A DNA stretch of 64,000 bases from Candidatus Rokuibacteriota bacterium (GTDB lineage: Bacteria > Methylomirabilota > Methylomirabilia > Rokubacteriales > CSP1-6): NCBI GenBank assembly GCA_016184305.1, contig JACPCX010000179.1, positions 1-64,000 on the forward strand, written 5' to 3'. How positions within the stretch are numbered: the first letter of the stretch is position 1; each line of letters starts with the position of its first letter. The notes beneath the pieces are model-generated. The model worked only from the letters and a program-made list of their open reading frames with translations, was not told the origin of the DNA and searched no databases. Shown one piece after another: positions 8,772 to 22,131 of the stretch. The translations under genes and the position numbers were made by a program.

Positions 8772-10358
8772 GTGAGCGACTCGCAGCGCGACGTGCACGC
8801 CTCCGTGGTGGGCGCCGTGGGGACGATCGGGCTCGCCACGCTGGCGAGCCGGATCCTGGGTTACGTACGCGACATGGTGGTGGCCCGGGCGTTCGGCGCC
8901 GGGCCTGTCACGGATGCCTTCTTCGTGGCGTTCCGTATCCCCAACCTCCTGCGCCGCCTGCTTGCCGAGGGAGCCCTGTCCACGGCGATCATCCCGGTCT
9001 TCACCGGCTACATCGCGCGGGAGAGGCCGGCCGTGGTGGCCCGCATGCTCCGGGCCGTGGCCGGGGCGGGGGCCCTGACCCTGTGCGCGGTGTCCGTGCT
9101 CGGAGTGCTGGCGGCGCCCTGGGTCGTCGCGATCATGGCCCCGGGCTGGGCCGCGGACCCGCCGCTGCTGGCGCTCGCGGCGAAGCTCACCCGCGTCATG
9201 TTCCCGTACATCCTCCTGGTGGGACTCGCGGCGCTGGCGGCGGGGATGCTGAACGCCCATGGTCGGTTCTTCACCGCCGCGCTGGGGCCGGCGGTCCTCA
9301 ACGTCGGCATGATCGGGGCCGTCCTCCTGCTGGCCTCGCGGGTGGATCCGCCGATCCTGTCGCTGGCTCTCGGCGTGCTGATCGGCGGCGTGGGCCAGTT
9401 CCTCGTCCAGCTGCCTGAGGTGAAGCGGCTGGGATTGCCGCTTTGCCCCTCGGGAGAGTGGTCGCACCCGGCGGTACGGACCATCGCCCGCCGCCTGGCG
9501 CCCGCCGCCTTCGGGCTGGCAGCCGTGCAGATCACCGTGGTGGTGAACACGCTCCTCGCCTCGCTCCTGCCCGCGGGCAGCGTCTCCTACCTCTATTACG
9601 CCGACCGCATCATGGAGTTCCCGCTGGGCGTGTTCGGCGTCGCGCTGGCCACGGCAGCGCTGCCCAGCATGGCCGCACAGGCGGCGCGCGAGGATCATCG
9701 GGCGCTGGGGGACACGCTCAACTTCTCGCTGCGACTCGCGGGATTCATCGCGGTGCCGGCGGCGGTGGGCCTCATGACGCTGGGGAGCCCCATCGTGGCG
9801 CTCCTCTTTCAGCGGGGGCACTTTGGCCCCACTGACGCCGCGGCGACGACGCTGGCGCTGATGGGCTACGCGGTGGGTCTGCCGGCGTTCTCGGCGAGCC
9901 GGATCGCGGCGCAGACCTTCTATGCGCTGGGGGACACCCGCACGCCGGTGCTGCTGGGGTTCGTGTCGGTGGCGGCCAATGTGGTGCTTGCACTGCTCCT
10001 CATGGGGCCGCTCGAGCACGCGGGACTCGCGCTTGCCTCCTCGCTCTCCTCCTACGTCAATCTGCTGGGGCTCGGCTGGCAACTCCGGGCGAGACTCGGG
10101 CCGATCGGGGGACGGCGCATGGCGGTTTCCCTGGCCCGGACGCTCGGGGCCTCGGCCCCTCTGGTCCTGTGGTGCCTGTGGCTGGTCCCGGTGTGGGACG
10201 GATCGCTCCGGGCGGCCGGGTGGACAGCAGCCGCGATCGGGGGCGGGGCGCTCGTCTACGGCGCCGCTGCGCTGACGCTGCGGGCGCCGGAGCTCACGGC
10301 GCTGCTCGGGATGGTGCGGCGTCGGGGGCAAACCTTGCCCGGGGCGCCGGGAGGATGA
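8772..10358 (+). CDS. murJ: Lipid II flippase MurJ (MviN)
   Basis: SRILGYVRD, AFRIPNLLRRLLAEGA, YADRIMEFPLG; GTG 8772 preceded by aaggag; divergent from rpsT. Confidence 0.95.
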   Translation: MSDSQRDVHASVVGAVGTIGLATLASRILGYVRDMVVARAFGAGPVTDAFFVAFRIPNLLRRLLAEGALSTAIIPVFTGYIARERPAVVARMLRAVAGAGALTLCAVSVLGVLAAPWVVAIMAPGWAADPPLLALAAKLTRVMFPYILLVGLAALAAGMLNAHGRFFTAALGPAVLNVGMIGAVLLLASRVDPPILSLALGVLIGGVGQFLVQLPEVKRLGLPLCPSGEWSHPAVRTIARRLAPAAFGLAAVQITVVVNTLLASLLPAGSVSYLYYADRIMEFPLGVFGVALATAALPSMAAQAAREDHRALGDTLNFSLRLAGFIAVPAAVGLMTLGSPIVALLFQRGHFGPTDAAATTLALMGYAVGLPAFSASRIAAQTFYALGDTRTPVLLGFVSVAANVVLALLLMGPLEHAGLALASSLSSYVNLLGLGWQLRARLGPIGGRRMAVSLARTLGASAPLVLWCLWLVPVWDGSLRAAGWTAAAIGGGALVYGAAALTLRAPELTALLGMVRRRGQTLPGAPGG

Positions 10359-10390
10359 TAGACTTCACCATGCCCCCGCAGTTCGCTGGA

Positions 10391-10468
10391 GACGCCCTGG
10401 TGGTGGCCAAGCCGACCGAACAGAGCCACCGCCAGGGCGTCGCTGCGTTCGCCTCACCATCGCGCAGC
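10391..10468. repeat. Intergenic 17 bp inverted repeat plus second small hairpin
   Basis: gacgccctggtggtggc (10391) / gccaccgccagggcgtc (10425); gctgcg/cgcagc at 10442/10463. Confidence 0.7.
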
Positions 10469-10482
10469 GCACGGAGCTGGTG

Positions 10483-11394
10483 ATGGACCCGGTGACCGGG
10501 TTTCTCGAGGCCCTCCAGGTGGAGCGGGGAGCCTCCCACAATACGCTCGTCGCCTACCGGCGGGACCTCGCCGACTTCCACCGCTTCCTGGAGCGCAGCG
10601 GTCGGAGCATCGCTGTGGCGGGGCCGCGGGACCTCACGGACTTCGTGGCTTTTCTCAGGCGCCGGGGGCTCGGCTCCCGGAGCGGTGCGCGCCGGCTGTC
10701 GGCCGTCCGGGGGCTCTACCGCTTCCTGCTGGCGGCGGGCCGCATCGCGCGCGATCCCACGGAGCACCTCGAGAGTCCGAGGCCGCCGCGCCGGCTGCCC
10801 CGGACGCTGTCGATCGAGGACACGGCGGCGGTGATCGAGACGCCCGATGCGACGCGACCCGACGGGCTCAGAGACCGGGCTCTGCTCGAGCTGCTCTACG
10901 CCTCGGGGATGCGCGCCTCGGAGGTCCTGAGTCTGCGGATCGAGGACCTCAACCTCACGGCAGGGTATGTCGTGTGCATGGGCAAGGGCAGCCGTCAGCG
11001 CCTTGTCCCCGTCGGGGCGCAGGCGCTCCGGTGGGTCCGCCTCTACCTGACGACGGCGCGAAGCCACTTCGTGCGGCGGACGGATCCCGGCACGCTGTTC
11101 CTCAGCCGGCTCGGCCGGCCGCTGTCGCGCCAGTCGCTGTGGGGCATCCTCAAGCGCGCGGCTCGCCGCGCGGGGATTCATCGTCCCGTGTCGCCCCACA
11201 CCTTGAGGCACTCCTTCGCCAGCCACCTGCTCGAGCGCGGCGCCGATCTCCGCTCGGTGCAGGCCATGCTCGGGCACGCCGACATCTCGACCACGCAGAT
11301 CTACACCCATCTGCCGTCTGCCGTGGTCCACGAGATGTACCGGAAGTTCCACCCTCGCGCCCGGCGCGCCGCGCGCATTCGCGCGAGGGGGTAG
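10483..11394 (+). CDS. xerD: Tyrosine recombinase XerD
   Basis: [55 protein letters not shown]. Confidence 0.92.
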   Translation: MDPVTGFLEALQVERGASHNTLVAYRRDLADFHRFLERSGRSIAVAGPRDLTDFVAFLRRRGLGSRSGARRLSAVRGLYRFLLAAGRIARDPTEHLESPRPPRRLPRTLSIEDTAAVIETPDATRPDGLRDRALLELLYASGMRASEVLSLRIEDLNLTAGYVVCMGKGSRQRLVPVGAQALRWVRLYLTTARSHFVRRTDPGTLFLSRLGRPLSRQSLWGILKRAARRAGIHRPVSPHTLRHSFASHLLERGADLRSVQAMLGHADISTTQIYTHLPSAVVHEMYRKFHPRARRAARIRARG

Positions 11395-15644
<4,250 letters not shown>

Positions 15645-15648
15645 TGAG

Positions 15649-15711
15649 TCGCGAGCCGCAGCCGGAGGCGAGGCGAGCGGAGACGGAGATCCCCCGAGCG
15701 GAGCGAGGACG
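15649..15711 (-). repeat. Repeat family B, inverted copy between kdsA and kdsD
   Basis: Reverse complement matches 14738-14800 at 61/63 positions. Confidence 0.92.
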
Positions 15712-15717
15712 TTCCTG

Positions 15718-16689
15718 ATGGACAGGGACAGGCTCCTGAGGCTCGCCGACCGGGTCCTGCGCATGGAGGCCTCGGGCATCCTCGCCCTCTGCGCCAGGCT
15801 CGACGACCGGTTCGTGACCGCCGTGGAGCTGCTCCGCGGCTGCCGCGGACGCGCCATCGTGACGGGCATGGGGAAATCGGGGCACGTGGGTCGCAAGGTC
15901 GCCGCCACGCTGGCGAGCACGGGCACGCCGGCCTACTTCCTCCATCCCGCCGAGGGCGTGCACGGTGACATCGGGATGGTGGCGCGGGACGATGTGGTCC
16001 TGGCCCTGTCCAACTCCGGGGAGACGGATGAGCTGCTGGCGGTGCTCCCGCTGCTCAAGCGGCTGGCGGTGCCGCTGATCCTCCTCACGGGCAGCCCGTC
16101 CTCGACCCTCGCCCGCCAGTCCGACGTGGTGCTCGACGTGGGCGTCAGCGAGGAGGCCTGCCCCATGAATCTCGCGCCCACCTCGAGCACGACCGCCGCG
16201 CTCGCCATGGGGGATGCGCTCGCCATGGCGCTCCTCGATCTGCGCGGGCTCCGCCCGGAGGACTATGCCGCGCTCCACCCGGCAGGCAGCCTCGGCTGGA
16301 AGGCGCTGTTCAAGGTGAGTGACCTCATGCACGCGGGCGAGGCGGTGCCGGTGGTCTCGGAGAGCAGCACGATGAAGGACGCCATCGCCGAGATGACCGC
16401 CAAGCGGCTCGGGATGACGACGGTGGTGGACGGTCGGGGACGGCTCCTGGGCGTGCTCACCGACGGCGACCTGCGGCGTCAGCAGCTCCTGGGCGGCTCG
16501 ATTCTCGAGCGCCCCGTCGCCGAGTGCATGACGCGGGATCCCAAGCGCATCGCCGGCGACGACCTGGCGGCCAAGGCCCTCTCGGTGATGGAGGCCCACG
16601 CCATCACGAGCCTCGTGATCGCCGACGAGGCGAACCGGCCCGCCGGCGTCATCCACCTGCACGACATCCTTCGCGCCAAGATCGTGTGA
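15718..16689 (+). CDS. kdsD: Arabinose-5-phosphate isomerase (KpsF/GutQ)
   Basis: GMGKSGH, HPAEGVHGD.G, SNSGET, PTSSTTA, HPAGSLG, two CBS domains. Confidence 0.95.
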   Translation: MDRDRLLRLADRVLRMEASGILALCARLDDRFVTAVELLRGCRGRAIVTGMGKSGHVGRKVAATLASTGTPAYFLHPAEGVHGDIGMVARDDVVLALSNSGETDELLAVLPLLKRLAVPLILLTGSPSSTLARQSDVVLDVGVSEEACPMNLAPTSSTTAALAMGDALAMALLDLRGLRPEDYAALHPAGSLGWKALFKVSDLMHAGEAVPVVSESSTMKDAIAEMTAKRLGMTTVVDGRGRLLGVLTDGDLRRQQLLGGSILERPVAECMTRDPKRIAGDDLAAKALSVMEAHAITSLVIADEANRPAGVIHLHDILRAKIV

Positions 16690-17207
16690 GGACCCCCTCG
16701 GCTCGCGCCGCGCGCATCCGCCTCCTGGTCCTCGATGTGGATGGCGTCCTCACCGACGGCGGGCTCCTCTATGGCGTCGGCGGCGAGGAGATCAAGCGCT
16801 TCGACGTCCATGACGGCTGGGCGCTTCAGGCCGCCCTCGGGGCCGGGCTCGAGGTCGGGGTGATCTCCGGGCGCGCGTCGGGCGCGGTATCGCGCCGGAT
16901 GGCCGAGCTCGGCATTCGCGAGGTCCATCAGGGGGTCGCGAACAAGTCGGAGTGTTTGCTGCAAATGATGGCGCGGCTCGGAATCAAGCCGGCGGACGTC
17001 GCGGTGATGGGCGATGACCTGCCGGACCTGCCTCTGATGAAGTCGGTGGGGCTCGCGCTGGCGCCGGCCAACGCTGTTCCCGAGCTCCGGCGCGCCGCCC
17101 ACTGGGTGTCGCGCCGGCGGGGTGGGGAGGGCGCGGTCCGGGAGGCCATCGAGATGATTCTGGAGGTCCGGAAGGCCTGGCCGCCCCCGGCGCTCGAAGG
17201 CCGCTGA
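16686..17207 (+). CDS. kdsC: KDO8P phosphatase (HAD)
   Basis: LDVDGVLTDG, MGDDLPDL, GGEGAVRE. Confidence 0.93.
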   Translation: MRTPSARAARIRLLVLDVDGVLTDGGLLYGVGGEEIKRFDVHDGWALQAALGAGLEVGVISGRASGAVSRRMAELGIREVHQGVANKSECLLQMMARLGIKPADVAVMGDDLPDLPLMKSVGLALAPANAVPELRRAAHWVSRRRGGEGAVREAIEMILEVRKAWPPPALEGR

Positions 17208-17228
17208 GGGTCTCAGGCGGCCTTTCTT
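17197..17228 (+). terminator. Intrinsic terminator after kdsC
   Basis: aaggccgctgag-ggt-ctca(g)gcggcctt running into a T-rich tail (tttctt). Confidence 0.6.
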
Positions 17229-17258
17229 CATTGCCGCCCTAGGGGGGGCTGTGCTAGC

Positions 17259-17864
17259 GTGGTACTGAAATTGCATACCCAGCGATTTTCGCGCTATATC
17301 CTGGTCGGTGTCGCGCTGTTCGTGGTCGCCATCGCGACCGTCCTCGTCGTGAGAGGACGGGCGACGAGGACGCAGCGGCCCGAGATCGGCGCCACGACGG
17401 CTGACTACCGGATCAAGGAAGTGCATTTGCAGGAGGAGTCGCGGGACGGCATGCGGTGGCAGCTCGACGCCGATCAGGCGGAGGCCTACGAGCAGCAGGG
17501 CAAGACGATGCTCCGGAAGGTGACGATCCGGATCCAGGAGCCGCAGCGGAGCTGGACGGTCACGGGTGACGAGGGAGAGCTGGCGCACGAGACGAAGAAC
17601 GTGGAGCTCAGGGGGAACGTGGTGCTGATCTCGAGCGATGGACTCCGCCTGGAGACGACGCGGCTGCGGTGGGACGCGGCGCAGCAGCGCGCCTGGACGG
17701 ACGACCCCGTCACCGTGTTCCGCCCGGGTGCGGTGGTCAAGGGCCTGGGGCTCGACGCGCGCGTGGGTGCGCAGCACACGGAGATCAAGGGGCGGCTCCG
17801 GGCGACGTTCGGGAAGGGCCCGGCCGAGCCGGCAGCGCCGGTGACGGCGGGAGCCCGGCGGTGA
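17259..17864 (+). CDS. lptC: LPS export protein LptC (start could be TTG 17271)
   Basis: N-terminal TM then beta-jellyroll (WQLDADQA, L.GNV, LETTRLRWD); synteny. Confidence 0.85.
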   Translation: MVLKLHTQRFSRYILVGVALFVVAIATVLVVRGRATRTQRPEIGATTADYRIKEVHLQEESRDGMRWQLDADQAEAYEQQGKTMLRKVTIRIQEPQRSWTVTGDEGELAHETKNVELRGNVVLISSDGLRLETTRLRWDAAQQRAWTDDPVTVFRPGAVVKGLGLDARVGAQHTEIKGRLRATFGKGPAEPAAPVTAGARR

Positions 17865-18496
17865 GGCGGACGATGGCGGTGCTCGGGGCATGCGTCGTGC
17901 TCTTCGGGCTCCTCCCGGCTCTCGGTGAGGCCCAGAGCAGCCAGGGGCGGCGGCGGCCCACGCAGAGCGCGACGCCGAGGCAAAGGCCGGCGGAGGCGAA
18001 GCCCGCCCAGGCGGACGCCCCATCCGCCAAGCGGCGCGGGGACGACACGAGCGCACCGCTGACGGTGGACGCCGACCGGCTCGAGTCCATGCAGAAGGAA
18101 GGGCTCGTCATCTTCACGGGCAGCGTGATCGCCCGGCAGAACACCGCCACCCAGTATGCCGACCGGATGGAGGTCTATCTGGACGCCAGCGGCGAGCGGA
18201 TCGCCCGCACCGTGTCCACCGGGAGCGTCCGGATCATCACGAAGGACTGCCGGACGGGGACGGCGAAGCGGGCCGAGTACTACGACGCCGAGCAGCGGGT
18301 GGTGCTCATCGGGGATGCGCGGGTGTGGCAGGAGGAGAACGTCGTCACCGGCGAGCGCATCACGATCTTCCTCGCCGAGGACCGCAGCGTGGTGGAGGGC
18401 GGCAAGCAGGAGCGGGTGAAGGCCGTGTTCTACCCGAAACGCGAGGGCCCGCAGGGCGGCGACGCCAAGGCGGGCCCCCGCGCTCCGTGCCCGTGA
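17861..18496 (+). CDS. lptA: LPS export periplasmic protein LptA
   Basis: Signal peptide, [33 protein letters not shown]. Confidence 0.88.
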   Translation: MRRTMAVLGACVVLFGLLPALGEAQSSQGRRRPTQSATPRQRPAEAKPAQADAPSAKRRGDDTSAPLTVDADRLESMQKEGLVIFTGSVIARQNTATQYADRMEVYLDASGERIARTVSTGSVRIITKDCRTGTAKRAEYYDAEQRVVLIGDARVWQEENVVTGERITIFLAEDRSVVEGGKQERVKAVFYPKREGPQGGDAKAGPRAPCP

Positions 18497-19218
18497 TGGA
18501 GGGACTCATCGCCCAAGGCCTGGTGAAGCGCTTTCGCAACCGCCTCGTGGTGGACGGCGTCAGCCTCGACATCCACCGCGGGGAAGTGGTGGGGCTCCTG
18601 GGCCCCAACGGGGCGGGGAAGACGACGTCGTTCTACATGATCGTGGGGCTCCTGCGGCCCGAGGGCGGCCGCATCTTCCTCGAGGGCCAGGAGATCACCG
18701 ACCTGCCCATGTACCTGCGCTGCCGGAAGGGGATGGGCTACCTGCCCCAGGAATCGTCCGTGTTCCGCAAGCTCACGGTGGAGGAGAACCTCCTGGCCAT
18801 CCTCGAGACCATGGACCTGTCCGCGCAGGAGCGCGCTGCCCGGCTCCGGGTGCTGCTCGCCGAGCTCGACCTGACCCCGCTGGCGCGGCACAAAGCCTAC
18901 ACGCTGTCCGGCGGCGAGCGCCGGCGGCTCGAGATCACGAGGGCTCTCGTCACGAACCCGCGCTACCTCCTGCTCGACGAGCCCTTCACCGGGATCGACC
19001 CCATCGCCATCGGCGACATCCAGGAGATCGTCGCGCGGCTCAAGGAGCGCGGGATCGGCGTGCTCATCACCGACCACAACGTGCGGGAGACGCTCGCGAT
19101 CACCGATCGCGCGTACATCCTGTACCACGGCCGCATCCTGGCGTCGGGGACCGCCACCGAGCTCGCCAGCAACCCGAAGGCCCGGGAGATCTACCTCGGG
19201 GAGAAGTTCTCGCTGTGA
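18496..19218 (+). CDS. lptB: LPS export ABC ATPase
   Basis: [40 protein letters not shown]. Confidence 0.97.
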   Translation: MEGLIAQGLVKRFRNRLVVDGVSLDIHRGEVVGLLGPNGAGKTTSFYMIVGLLRPEGGRIFLEGQEITDLPMYLRCRKGMGYLPQESSVFRKLTVEENLLAILETMDLSAQERAARLRVLLAELDLTPLARHKAYTLSGGERRRLEITRALVTNPRYLLLDEPFTGIDPIAIGDIQEIVARLKERGIGVLITDHNVRETLAITDRAYILYHGRILASGTATELASNPKAREIYLGEKFSL

Positions 19219-19240
19219 CGGCCGGGCGGAGCACGTGACC

Positions 19241-20692
19241 ATGCGACTGTCCCTCCGGCAGACTCAGCGCGTCGTCATGACGCCGCTCCTGCAGCAGGCG
19301 ATCCAGCTCCTGCAGCTCTCGACGCTCGAGCTGAAGGAGGTCGTGGAGGAGGAGCTGCGGGACAACCCGCTGCTGGAGGAGGTGCCCACGGACGGCACGG
19401 ACACCACGGCGGAGGCGCCCTCGGAGGACCTGGCTGACGCCCCGCCCGGTCCGACGACGAACGAGCCCGTTCCCAGTGAGAGTTCCGCCGTGGACCAGGA
19501 GCGGACCGACGACCTGCCCTTCGACCTCACCTCGGCCGTCTTCGACCAGCCCGACGAGCGGACGCCGGTCTCCACCGAGGAGCGGGAGGAGCTGCCGTTC
19601 GAGAATCTCGGGCGGAGCGATGCATCGCTGGACGAGCACCTCAACGAGCAGCTCAGGCTCGCCGTCGCTGAGCCTGACGAGGTGGCGGTCGGGGAGGCCA
19701 TCATCGGCAACCTGGACGAGGACGGGTACCTGCGGGCCGAGATCGCGGAGATCGCCGCGCTCACGGGCCGGCCGGCCGAGCTGGTCGAGACGATGCTGGG
19801 GCTCATCCAGACCTTCGACCCCACCGGGGTCGCCGCGCGGAGTATCCAGGAGTGCCTGCTGCTGCAGCTCCGGGCCGACCCGGAGCCCGATCCCGTCTCG
19901 GTGGAGATCGTCGAGCGCCACATGGACGATCTCGAGCGCCGGCGCTATGCCGACATCGCCCGCGCGTTCAAGCTCCCGCTGGACCGCATCATGGAGTCGG
20001 TGGAGGAGATCCAGGGGCTCGAGCCGAAGCCCGGGCGCCGGTTCGCGGTGGCCGACCAGCGCTACATCGCGCCCGACGTGACCATCGAGAAGATCGGCGG
20101 CGACTACCTCGTGATCCTCAACGAGGACGGCATCCCGCGGCTGCGCGTCAACGCGCTCTACCGGTCGCTGCTACGGGGCTCGGCGGGGGAGGACAGGCAG
20201 TTCGTGGAGCAGAAGCTCCGCTCGGCCGTGTGGCTCATCAAGAGCGTCGAGCAGCGGCAGCGGACGCTTCGCAAGGTCGCGACAAGCCTCGTGAAGTTCC
20301 AGCGCGACTTCCTCGACAAGGGGGTGCCGCACCTGCGACCGCTGGCGTTGCGCGACGTGGGCGAGGACATCGGGATGCACGAGTCGACGATCAGCCGGGT
20401 CACGACCAACAAGTACGTGCAGACCCCGCAGGGGCTCTTCGAGCTCAAGTACTTCTTCCACAGCGGCATCGCGTCCATCAACGGGGACGTGGTGTCCTCC
20501 GTGTCGGTGAAGAAGATGATCCAGGACATGGCGGCCGCCGAGGACCCGGGCAAGCCGCTCTCCGACCAGGACGTCGCCCGCGAGCTCCACGCCAAGGGGC
20601 TGACCATCGCACGCCGGACCGTCGCCAAGTACCGCGAGGAGCTGGGGATCCTTCCGTCGCACCAGCGCCGGCTGGCACGCCGGAAACGGTAG
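19241..20692 (+). CDS. rpoN: RNA polymerase sigma-54 factor
   Basis: TPLLQQAIQLLQL, MHESTISR, RpoN box ARRTVAKYRE. Confidence 0.98.
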   Translation: MRLSLRQTQRVVMTPLLQQAIQLLQLSTLELKEVVEEELRDNPLLEEVPTDGTDTTAEAPSEDLADAPPGPTTNEPVPSESSAVDQERTDDLPFDLTSAVFDQPDERTPVSTEEREELPFENLGRSDASLDEHLNEQLRLAVAEPDEVAVGEAIIGNLDEDGYLRAEIAEIAALTGRPAELVETMLGLIQTFDPTGVAARSIQECLLLQLRADPEPDPVSVEIVERHMDDLERRRYADIARAFKLPLDRIMESVEEIQGLEPKPGRRFAVADQRYIAPDVTIEKIGGDYLVILNEDGIPRLRVNALYRSLLRGSAGEDRQFVEQKLRSAVWLIKSVEQRQRTLRKVATSLVKFQRDFLDKGVPHLRPLALRDVGEDIGMHESTISRVTTNKYVQTPQGLFELKYFFHSGIASINGDVVSSVSVKKMIQDMAAAEDPGKPLSDQDVARELHAKGLTIARRTVAKYREELGILPSHQRRLARRKR

Positions 20693-20707
20693 CGCGGAGG
20701 CGCAACC

Positions 20708-21241
20708 ATGGATGTGATCATCAGCACGCGGGGTCTCACCATCTCGAAGACGTACAAGGACGCGCTCACCCAGAAGATCCACAAGCTCACCCGCCTGCTG
20801 CCGACGCTGATCGAGGCGAAGATCGTGCTCTCCAAGGAGAAGCACCGGCGCACGGCGGCGCTCACGCTCGTGGGGAAGCGCCGGAACCTGCGCAGCGAGG
20901 AGACCGCCGAGGACCTCGCGGTGGCGGTGGACCAGGCGATCGCGGCGCTGACCCGCCAGGTGCGCGAGACCAAGGACCGGGTCCGGAGCCACAGCAAAGG
21001 CCGACGGACGGCCCCGGAGGCCGCGGCCCCGGCTCCTGCGGCAGCGCCGGCCCCGGGGCCCGAGGGCGATCTGGTGGTGCGGCAGGTGTCGGCCAAGCCC
21101 ATGTCCGTGGAGGAGGCGGTGGAGCAGTTCCGGCTTCGCCGCGACCCGTTCCTGGTCTTCACCAATGCGGGCACGGACTCCGTGAACGTGCTCTACCGCC
21201 GGAAGGGCGGAGACCTCGGGCTCATCGAGCCCGTGCCGTGA
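20708..21241 (+). CDS. hpf: Long ribosome hibernation promoting factor
   Basis: Follows rpoN; C-terminal KPMSVEEAV...FLVFTN...VLYRRK.G..GLIEP. Confidence 0.9.
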   Translation: MDVIISTRGLTISKTYKDALTQKIHKLTRLLPTLIEAKIVLSKEKHRRTAALTLVGKRRNLRSEETAEDLAVAVDQAIAALTRQVRETKDRVRSHSKGRRTAPEAAAPAPAAAPAPGPEGDLVVRQVSAKPMSVEEAVEQFRLRRDPFLVFTNAGTDSVNVLYRRKGGDLGLIEPVP

Positions 21242-22131
21242 CGCAGGTGCGTCCGCCCGCGGTCGACCACTCCGTGCGCTTCGTGATCATCACGGGGCTC
21301 TCCGGCGCGGGGAAAAGCTACGCGATCAAATGCCTGGAGGACCTCGGGTACTTCTGCGTCGACAACCTTCCGACGACCCTGATCCCCACCTTCGCCGCGC
21401 TCTGCGCGCAATCGAGCCGCGAGATCAAGAAGATCGCCCTGGGCGTGGACGTGCGGGAGGGGGAGTACCTGGCCCACCTGCTGGAGATCCTCGCCGAGCT
21501 GCGCGGCACGGGGCACGTCCCGGAGGTGCTCTTCCTCGAGGCCGCCGACGAGGCGCTCGTGCGCCGCTACCACGAGACGCGCCGGCGCCACCCGCTGGCT
21601 GGCGACGGCAGCGTGCTGGACGGCATCCGCGCCGAGCGGAAGGCGCTGGCCCACCTCCGCGAGATCGCGGACCGCATCATCGATACCTCCGAGCTCAGCG
21701 TGCACCAGCTGAAGGAGCACCTGGTGGAGGCGTATTCCACCGGGCGGGACGGGGGCGCGCTGGCGGTCTCTCTGATCTCCTTCGGATACAAGCACGGCAT
21801 CCCCTACGACGCCGACCTCGTGTTCGACGTCCGGTTTCTGCCGAACCCGCACTTCGTCGAGACCCTGCGCGCGCTCGACGGGCGCGACGCGCCGGTCGCG
21901 GAGTTCGTCTTCTCCCACCTGGAGAGCCGGGAGCTCCTGGCCCGGTTGCAGGAGCTCGTGCGGTTCCTCCTGCCGCTGTACCAGCGGGAGGGCAAGGCGT
22001 ACCTGAGCGTCGCCGTCGGGTGCACGGGCGGGCGTCACCGCTCCGTGGCGCTGGTGGAGGCGCTGCGGGGTTTCCTCGAGGATCTCGGCTACCCGCCGAC
22101 CGTCCGGCACCGAGACCTCGGCCGTGAATGA
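21238..22131 (+). CDS. rapZ: RNase adapter RapZ/YvcJ family
   Basis: ITGLSGAGKS, CVDNLP, SFGYKHG, DVRFLPNP, GCTGGRHRSV. Confidence 0.95.
   Translation: MTQVRPPAVDHSVRFVIITGLSGAGKSYAIKCLEDLGYFCVDNLPTTLIPTFAALCAQSSREIKKIALGVDVREGEYLAHLLEILAELRGTGHVPEVLFLEAADEALVRRYHETRRRHPLAGDGSVLDGIRAERKALAHLREIADRIIDTSELSVHQLKEHLVEAYSTGRDGGALAVSLISFGYKHGIPYDADLVFDVRFLPNPHFVETLRALDGRDAPVAEFVFSHLESRELLARLQELVRFLLPLYQREGKAYLSVAVGCTGGRHRSVALVEALRGFLEDLGYPPTVRHRDLGRE

Noticed and set aside
10483..11394. Phage or integron integrase
   Set aside because: Size and motifs are typical XerD, there is no IntI insertion, and the context is housekeeping with no att or cargo genes
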